Source of the DNA: Octopus sinensis
Lineage: Eukaryota
Direction: 5' to 3'
NCBI RefSeq assembly: GCF_006345805.1
Contig: NC_043009.1
Span: forward strand, 54,374,001-54,438,000
DNA length: 64,000 bases
The position numbers and the translations under genes are program-made. Each line of letters starts with the position of its first letter. Positions within the stretch are counted from its first letter, which is position 1. Positions 53,005 to 64,000 of the stretch are shown here, piece after piece. A model generated the notes under the pieces. That model searched no databases and was not told the origin of the DNA. It saw only the letters and a program-made list of their open reading frames with translations.

Positions 53005-53101
<97 letters not shown>
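52928..53101. repeat. (AAT)n microsatellite
   Basis: Direct reading; (ATT)n also at 16540-16616, 16833-16882, 18483-18560 and 54316-54453. Confidence 0.98.
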
Positions 53102-53103
<2 letters not shown>

Positions 53104-53399
53104 CTGCAGCAACAATGGTAATAATAATAATCTTTTCATTATTCGCCACAAAGGCCTATGCATTCATACAACAATGGGCTGTAAGACCATTGAGGAAGAA
53201 CATACATTGTTACACAAATACGATGTGTGGGTGGGAGAAATGCTTTATAAAATATTGACATTAAGTATTTAGATGAAATACACAAATGGTGAATACTTAA
53301 ATGCATAAATATAAACTTTAGAAAGAAAAAAAACAAAGATGGATATGTGGTTAAGCAATTAGCTTTGCAACTTCTTGCTTTAGGGTACAGTCCCGTGCC

Positions 53400-54420
<1,021 letters not shown>

Positions 54421-54762
54421 CATTATTATCATCATTATTATTATTATTATTATTTGTAGTAGTAGTAGTAGTAATAGTAGTATTTTAAACAGCTTGAATT
54501 GGCCACATGCAATTTGAGTTTCGTAAGATTCTGAACCCGACGAGCTAGTTTTCAATAAAATGCCTACAAAAATTTAAGTTTTATGGGCCGAATCAAAGTA
54601 TGTTAAATAATGAAATATATAACTCTTATTAAATATGGTGAATGTCTCGTTCTTTCGCTTCTCCACTCAACGTGCCATTACACACACATATACATATGTG
54701 TGTGTGTGTGTGTAAGTGTGTGTGTGTCTGTCTGTATGTATGTATGTATGTATGTATGTATG

Positions 54763-54988
54763 AAAATGCGTACCAGCCTACCCTCTCCACCAAACATGTG
54801 TTATCCAAGGCAAAAGCCGATAGAACTTGGCACCAGTGACGTCTCAGCTCACTTTCGCAGCTGAGTGAACTGGAACATGATATAAGGTGTCTTGCTGAAG
54901 AACACAAAATACAACGCGGTCCGGGACCCGAACTCACCACCACATGATTGTAAGCCTGACGCTCTAACCACTGAGCTATGTGCCTTCA
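54763..54988 (-). mobile_element. SINE with family C head and a different 3' part
   Basis: Minus strand tgaaggcacatagctcagtggttagagcg... head and C-type core, followed by an unrelated tail. Confidence 0.7.
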
Positions 54989-55080
54989 TGTAAGTATGTA
55001 AGTATATATATATGTATATATATGTGTGTGTGTGTTTGTGTGTATGTATGTATATATAAGTATGTATATATATGCATATA

Positions 55081-55136
<56 letters not shown>

Positions 55137-55440
55137 ATGTATATGTGATTATGGGATTATATTGTACTGTATACGTAGTATAATTCGTAAATAGACATCT
55201 ATAAAAATACATGGAAGAACTATAAATGTAAAGATGCAAATATGACTTGGCTTATATAATATTACCGTATTTTTTTACATAAAAAATTCGTTCTTAGAGG
55301 CAATAAATTCATTCTGCCTTTATCTATTTTTTCATCAAAGAGGCATTCGCAAAGAAATGTTATAAGAAACGGGTAAATAAATCTTGAACTAATATTATTG
55401 AACGTGGCGTTCGTTTTGTTCTTTCCAGTTTGAAGTAGAA

Positions 55441-55498
<58 letters not shown>

Positions 55499-55919
55499 GG
55501 ATAGATAGATACATGCATACATACATACATAAGTTACATGTGTATATACATATATACAAAAGAATAAAAGAATGCATATATAAATACATACATGTATGCA
55601 TATATATGTGTGTATGTGTGTATATATATGTGTGTGTATGTATATATATTCACATATATACATACATCTACACAGACATATATATTATATATAAATACAT
55701 ATATATATACATATATATATATATGTATATATATATATATGTATATGTATATATGTATATATATATATGTAGTATGCCTCTATGTATATATGTATATATG
55801 TACATCTTTGTATGTATATGGATTTGTCAATACACATTCATAGAAGTACATCTATGTATGCGTATCGATGTGCGTCACTGTATCCATTTGTATATATAAA
55901 TATGCGTGTATTTATGTGC

Positions 55920-55994
<75 letters not shown>

Positions 55995-56571
55995 TGCGAG
56001 CGCAAGTGTGTGTTGTAGAATGCATCTAACGCAGTAATTCATGCTAGTACAATGCCGCCACTGGTGAAGCAAATAACAGCATAATGTGTGAATATTTCCT
56101 TACAGTATAGACTCAGTTTCACAAAGATTGGTATATACTTCCTCAATGTCACAGAGGAGAATTGTATATATTGCCGTTCGTGAACTATTCACCAGTGAAT
56201 TTCCGAACAGTCGTAGACATTCAGAGATTTATTATGAAGAATTTAATCTGTGTAGATCTTAACCAGTGATTTCCTTCCTCGTGGTTATGTCCAGGGAGCA
56301 AAAGCTAGCAGAGGAAACACCATTATAATGCAAACGCGATATAAATTGCAGCCTTCGGATATGTCTCCTGAGAATGACTTTACTTACTTCACAGGATGAA
56401 CTACTATGGATTGTAATAACAACTTAAAATAAAGTCCTTACTTTCCCTTACTATGCCAATTACATTACATGATTTTTTTTTACTTTTTCCTATTTAACTC
56501 TATCTTATCTTATATACCCTACTCTATTATTCTAACTGAATTTCCCACATGTTAGTTTCCTAACATTTATG

Positions 56572-56657
56572 TTCTCTGAAGATCCCTGTATATCACTAAC
56601 GTGATGAAGATGACATGGAAGTTTCTGAGGCCTCATGGTAGAAACGGCCGTAAGTGA
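56572..56657 (+). ncRNA. type I hammerhead-like motif, copy 1
   Basis: CTGAAGA (56576-82)...GAAAC-GGCC-GTA (56641-52); helices I and II imperfect. Confidence 0.55.
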
Positions 56658-56694
56658 TTTGTATCTGTACACTCACTATTTATTATTCAATTCA

Positions 56695-56805
<111 letters not shown>

Positions 56806-57382
56806 TGCGAGCGCAAGTGTGTGTTGTAGAATGCATCTAACGCAGTAATTCATGCTAGTACAATGCCGCCACTGGTGAAGCAAATAACAACATAATGTGT
56901 GAATATTTCCTTACAGTATAGACTCAGTTTCACAAAGATGGTATATACTTCCTCAATGTCACAGAGGAGAATTGTATATATTGCCGTTCGTGAACTATTC
57001 ACCAGTGAATTTCCGAACAGTCGTAGACATTCAGAGATCTATTATGAAGAATTTAATCTGTGTAGATCTTAACCAGTGATTTCCTTCCTCGTGGTTATGT
57101 CCAGGGAGCAAAAGCTAGCAGAGGAAACACCATTATAATGCAAACGCGATATAAATTGCAGCCTACGGATATGTCTCCTGAGAATGACTTTACTTACTTC
57201 ACAGGATGAACTACTATGGATTGTAATAACAACTTAAAATAAAGTCCTTACTTTCCCTTACTATGCCAATTACATTACATGATTTTTTTTTTACTTTTTC
57301 CTATTTAACTCTATCTTATCTTATATACCCTACTCTATTATTCTAACTGAATTTCCCACATGTTAGTTTCCTAACATTTGTA

Positions 57383-57468
57383 TTCTCTGAAGATCCCTGT
57401 ATATCACTGATGTGATGAAGATGACATGGAAGTTTCTGAGGCCTCATGGTAGAAACGGCCGTAAGTGA
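57383..57468 (+). ncRNA. type I hammerhead-like motif, copy 2
   Basis: CTGAAGA (57387-93)...GAAAC-GGCC-GTA (57452-63). Confidence 0.55.
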
Positions 57469-57505
57469 TTTGTATCTGTACACTCAACTATTATTATTAA
57501 TCCAG

Positions 57506-57642
<137 letters not shown>

Positions 57643-58531
57643 ACGTATTTATTGGCTGATTTCACTCGGTTACTTGTAACCCTTAAATACATATTTCTTA
57701 TCATTTAATAATTCGATATAATAGAATGTTTACTGGCTGATGTTTGGCGATTTTTTATTCTTTCCATTTTCTTATTTGCCTCATATGTGTGTGTGTGTGT
57801 GTGTGTGTGTATTGGTATATACATACATATATATATATACTTCGTAGTACATAATGGTTACAAAACTAAATGTAGCGTCCTTACAAACAATTAATATATA
57901 CGTACCAGTTGCCAGGAATTTGTTTAATGTGTAAATTTGTCGATCTGATATTGTTACACCGCTACGGTTGCGTGAGCAGTATATTTGTGGATAGTTAGTG
58001 TGTTGGATTTGGTACTGCAGAAGCAATAACTACTGGAATATGCATATACACCTATTACCAATTTTTCAATCGCAAAACGTCGTAGACTTCAGTGCTGATT
58101 CTAAATTCTATAAAACAATTTATAGAGATACACTAAAAATGTATGTGCGCATGTGCAAGCGTGTGTGTGTGTACGTGTGTTTAGCTACATGCAATACATT
58201 ACTGAATACGCATAATTATATATTAATGTACCTTATGTACTACAGAAAATATCTGCAAAGTTTTGGCAAGAATCTCTAGATATTTTCTCAAGTATTATGT
58301 AAGAGTGAAACAAAAACAAAGCAGTTAACGCACCATTAGTATATATCTAAGCACCAATTTATATTTTAACCAATGCAAATATCTTTCTTTTTTACGTACA
58401 CACACGAATTTGTAAGCACACACTTGCAAACGCAGATATACATACATACATACATACATACGTACATATATACATTACATACATACATACATGCATACAT
58501 GCATACATACATACATACATACATACATACA

Positions 58532-58565
<34 letters not shown>

Positions 58566-58831
58566 CATAATACATACATACGTATACCGAAGTTTTTCAT
58601 TTAAGTATGTATGTGCATGTCTAGATATGCAACTATATGTATAAAAATACAAAAGCAAAACAAAATCTGCACGTATACATACATACATGCAAAAAAATAG
58701 CTTGGATCTAGGTTAGAAACCGACTCTTTCTCTATTGGCAGGAAATCTTGAAATAAAACTAAATAATGACATCATACATACATACATACATACATACATA
58801 CATACATACATACATACATACATACATACAT

Positions 58832-59198
58832 GACCGACTGGCACTCCGTCGGTTACGATGACGAGGGTTCCAGTTGATTCGATCAACGGAACAGCCTGCT
58901 CGTGAAATTAACGTGCAAGTGGCTGATCACTCCACAGACACGTGTACCCTTAACGTAGTTCTCGGGGAGATTCAGCGTGACACAGAGTATGACAAAGCTG
59001 GCCCCTTTGAAATAGAGGTACCACAGAAACAGGAAGAAAGAGTGACAGAAAGGTGTGCTGAAAGAGTACAGCAGGGTTCACCACCGCCTTCTGCCGGAGC
59101 CTCGTGGAGCTTTAGTTGTTTTCGCTCAATAAACACTCACAACGCCCGGTCTGGGAATCGAAACCGTGATCCTAACCACTGGGCCATTGCGCCTCCAC
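58832..59198 (-). mobile_element. chimeric SINE: family B head + family C 3' region, in (TACA)n
   Basis: 59020-59198 matches 608/11901; 58838-59020 matches 3205-3385. Confidence 0.85.
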
Positions 59199-60315
59199 AT
59201 ACATACATACATACATACATACATACATACATACATTGCAGCTCTTATGCGCTAACTATAAATTCTCATTCGTACTTATTAATATAAGCGCAGTTATGTA
59301 CCACGAAATTTACTCAAAAACCTAGAAATAATAGGGGTTTTTTTTTTTGTAGAAAGAACAAAAGAAGCTGACACGTATTCCCTGAATCTAATCTGTTAGT
59401 GACACAGTGAAGATCTGTGAGACAATCTAAAGTTTCTCCATCTGAGATTCTTTTGGTGCATAGATGCACGCGTTTCGATGTGTGTATCGACGGGTCAATC
59501 AACACACCAACTCACCCGCATATTTACAAACACCGGCAACTCTCTTTCACGAAGTCGTCTTGTCACGTTGACTCTCTTAAAAAGACCTAATATAAAAATC
59601 AAAGAAAAAACACCTAGATAATGGTGCGGTCAACGTCGGACGTGCAGGTAGGTGTAAAATTTCATTTTGAACGCTTTTTTTTTTACATTTATGCCAACTC
59701 CCCCAGCCTAAATCAGTTTATATCTCCATCGATGAATAAGGGAAACGACTTTTTCTTATGAACATACCGTTATACAGACCGGGCTTTTCAGACGTGGAAT
59801 TTCGCTGACGTTATCATGTCTGCAATTAATAACTACCGCACCGACAAAAGCAGCACGACATTACCAATAAGCTATTTAAGAAGACATAATTACGCTTCTC
59901 GTTTTATTTGAACTCTACATCTAAACCAAGATTCCTGTAAGTGGAACAATAAAAATATGCAGTACATTTTTCAAATTTAAAATGTGACATTGTTTTTGCT
60001 ATATACATTCCAACGATGGAGTTATTTATCTTTGTAAGGAGCAAAGTCCTTCCTCAGAGGCAAAATTTAAATAATTGAAAGCAGATTAGAACATACACAC
60101 ACACAGACACGTACATACACACACACATACACACACACACACACACACACAAGCACGCCCGCTCGCACACACACACACACACATACACACGTACACTCAA
60201 TTTTTAGACTGGAGTAACGTAAAATAAAGTGTTTTGCTCAAGAACACATCATATCGCCCTGTCCAGGAATCGAGACTACCATCTAACAATCATGAGTGCA
60301 ACACCATATGTATGC

Positions 60316-60409
<94 letters not shown>

Positions 60410-60846
60410 TACATAGAGGTTTACGTGTGTGATAGACTCTGTCGATTCGAAGATTTAGAATCAGCTAAAATGATATGCGATATTCACTGATATTCTGTTC
60501 TCTAATTCCACATAGCGATGGACTCAAATTTCTCTTTCGGGTTTGATAAGCAAAATGCGATTTAGATATGAGGTGATTCCACTTCTCTCGCTTACTTAAA
60601 CATGAATCCTCTCTCTCCCTCGATTTCACTCTCTTTCTCCTTCCTTATCTCCCTCTCTCTCTCTCTCTCTATCTCTCTCCCATTCTTTCCCTCTGTCATG
60701 AAAAGTATACATTGTGTAGAGATAGAAATGACCTTTTTCAGATTCAAAATACTCAACGCTCTAATTCTAATTCACCGCCTAAATCTACATGTGTGTGTGT
60801 GTGGTGTACATATAGATATAGTTCTACAGATATGTATATATATATT

Positions 60847-60886
<40 letters not shown>

Positions 60887-61018
60887 CATATATAGACATA
60901 GATATATACACTTATAAATAGATGTATATACGCATACATATATAGACATAGATATATATACTTATAAATAGATATATATATACACATATATATATATGTA
61001 TATATATATATTTGTATG

Positions 61019-61056
<38 letters not shown>

Positions 61057-61406
61057 TATATATAGATATATTATACATATATGCTGATTACGTATGTTTG
61101 TCTATGTATATGTATATATGTGAATATATACCTACGTATCTCTGTATGTATAATAATTTGTTGCGAAATTCAGTATTGTTGAGGACAAAATTTCTAGACA
61201 TTAATAATTGATCATTAACTTTTCCGAGGTCATTTTGAGCAAAACTCTATTGCTGAATGTCACAAAGTATTCGTAATAAATATCCTTACTCGGCGTTAAA
61301 TGGCTTGATTCCATTATGCTGGTAATTGCCAATCTTGTTCACGAACTAGCATTTTCAAATACATATGTATTGGTGTATATGTATATGTATATACGTATCT
61401 ATATAT

Positions 61407-61500
<94 letters not shown>

Positions 61501-63631
61501 CACACACACAAAGATACATATGCATAGTTATCCCTATATATATGTATATATATATATATATATATAGAGATAGATATATATATATATATATAAGCATACA
61601 GTCATAATATAAACATACATACATCCACATATATATGTGTACGTATTCATAAAATATATTGATGCAATTAAGTTTTTAACAATATAGACTTTTACATGTA
61701 CTTAGCTACTCGTAATAATCTAAAGATGAGTGCATAGGTGTATTTATATAGAATTTTATACACGCCCACCCATTTATGTCTGTATTTATGTTCGGATGTA
61801 TGTATGAACATACGTCAATATGTGTGTGTATACCAACATATATGATTGTGTATTCATAGAATTTATAGATTTCATTAACTCTTTAACAATATAGAATTTT
61901 ATAAACACTTAGGCACTCAATGATAGGAAGTTGTATAAGTGGATGTATCAATATAGTTGATTTCTTCTTTAAAAAAGGTGTGTGTGTCTCGAAGTATTGT
62001 GTCTATGGACATTGTAGTAAGCTGTGAGTATATAAAATGAATAAAGGTGTGCATGCACATTGTAAAGTATTGTATGTGTATGAGCAAAATGAATTTTCTT
62101 ATGTGTCTGTGTGTGCTTCTATTCATGGAGGTAGCTACGACAACTCGATTTCCTGATTAAATTCATAGAGTCGTGTTGCTTTGAGATGGAATATTATCTG
62201 ATTTTTTTGCATCAAACCAAAGATAACGGACGGCTTCTGTGTAAGGCAATGCCGAAAGTGGAGAGGGAGAGAGAGGTAGGTTCGGCTAAGCTGAAATTGC
62301 GAACGACTGGAGACCGGATCTCGTTCATTCGTATGGTTCAAGATGTTCAGGAAAGCAATCCTGCTTGTATCCATCTAGTGTGGCTTACATAGCATTTTTC
62401 TCATTTAATGCATCAAGTGAGGGCCTTGAAGGTGAATGTTGAACACCTCGAGATAAGGACAAGTGATAAGGGAGTTTTCATTGGATGAGCACTGCAGCTT
62501 CTAGCGTTTCTACGAAATACAAATGCTAAGCATGCCATATAGATAACGATTTAAATCTAGAGCTGCTTCTTCTACATAATTTGAATTTTATTCAGATGAG
62601 CCAGTTAGTTGTTTCTTCCCTGTGTCTATATAATTCCAATTGGCCAGGATGGATTCCTGTTGGAAGTAGCGCGAGTGCTTGGCATTGACAAGTCGCACAT
62701 GTTCAAATGCATATCCTGACATTCTTGCAGTCGCTTTGGAGGCGATTTCGTTTCGTCTGGCTTTGAAGTATATTGTTTTTAACGTAATATATCTATAAAG
62801 GTATCCGTTCCCAGACGAACGTTGTAACTTCTGTCGTTTCTATGGTATAAATACATTAAATATGACATATGCAGTATATGGGGGTGCACGCATGCGCATA
62901 TATGTGTGTGTGTGTGTGTATTTATGTATTAATGAATGGAAAGAAAACAGGAGTCACGTAATCACATTCATTAACTTACAGCTGTTTCTGCTATAGGAAG
63001 CTGTGCTGTCAGAGCAGGGTGTTTGTACAAATCTTTTTCATGGCTCCGAGGAAGCTATAGCATATTGCACAAGCAATCACCTCTGAATGCATTGCTCTTC
63101 ATAACAGGGGTAGTTATGAGCTAAAACAAATAATTATTTGATTCCTGCTCTCTTGTTATTCATTAATTAATATTACAGTCTGTACAGACCTAATGCGTTG
63201 CTCTAAACTATAGGTATATTGTGCTCTAACTACTGGTTAGTGGCGTCGCTGAGCCTTACCGAAATCATGCATGTGTGTGTTTATATCAACCCCTACAAAA
63301 TTCCTATTTGGCTGAATCACCCTCTTCGAGAAATACACAATCACATCTTCTCCTTGTCTTATCCCTTTGTTACCAGTCTTTCCTAGTTTATCAATTTCAT
63401 TTAGTTTCTCAAACTCGATCATTCTTTATTCTCAACATTTGGATGTGGGCATTAATAAAAATTATATTTACTGATTGTAGGACACCTGATAGTAAGGTTA
63501 ATACCAATAAATCAATTGTTTGTATTTTCTTAGAATCTTCTCTGTTGAGTTTTTACATATTTGCAAATTAAACGGACTGCTCGCGAAGATGATTTCGATT
63601 GAAACCATCTGCAAGTCATGCCGATATAACT

Positions 63632-63925
63632 GACACTCCGACGGCTACGACGACGCGGGTTCCAGTTGAACTGATCGTCAAAACAGCCTGCTCGAGAAAT
63701 TAGCGCACAAGTGGCTGAGCACTTCACGAACACGCGTACCGATATTCACAGGAGATTGAGCGTCACAAACAACATGACATGGGTGACCTTTTAAAATGCA
63801 GGTACAACTCATTATTGCCAGGTGAATGATTTGACTGGGGCTACGGGAAATTAAGTGTTTTCTTCAAGGAAACAACACGTCACCAGGTGCCGAACCCACA
63901 ATCTCACAATTGCGGGTCGAAAATC
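63632..63925 (-). mobile_element. SINE family C, diverged
   Basis: cactccgacggctacgacgacgcgggttccagttga...aaacagcctgctcgagaaattag. Confidence 0.82.
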
Positions 63926-64000
63926 TTATGAATCCATACGTATATACATATATATTTGCGTGTGACAGCTTACACACGTATATACACACACATGTATAAA

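Overview
Eukaryotic, very AT-rich, microsatellite-saturated non-genic DNA. The tRNA-derived SINE families and repeat landscape suggest an Octopus (coleoid cephalopod) genome; this is inference. I find no credible host protein-coding exon, and nearly all listed ORFs are translations of simple repeats. The window is a mosaic of decayed mobile elements: four SINE families, R4/Dong-clade LINE fragments sitting in (TAA)n/(TAG)n, CR1/L2-type LINE fragments, four mariner-derived elements, a non-autonomous Helitron, and three Penelope-like (PLE) GIY-YIG endonuclease relics. The signal the ORF track misses is a set of type I hammerhead-ribozyme motifs (CUGANGA...GAAAC-short, often palindromic loop-GUH). 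They lie in short elements embedded in (TA)n, several within inverted repeats and one pair in an 811-bp tandem. A second notable signal is a SINE/LINE shared 3' tail whose stem-loop shows compensatory changes. Three near-identical tandem duplications bounded by (TA)n may be assembly or haplotype artefacts. All alignments, identities and structures were read by eye; boundaries of degenerate elements are approximate.
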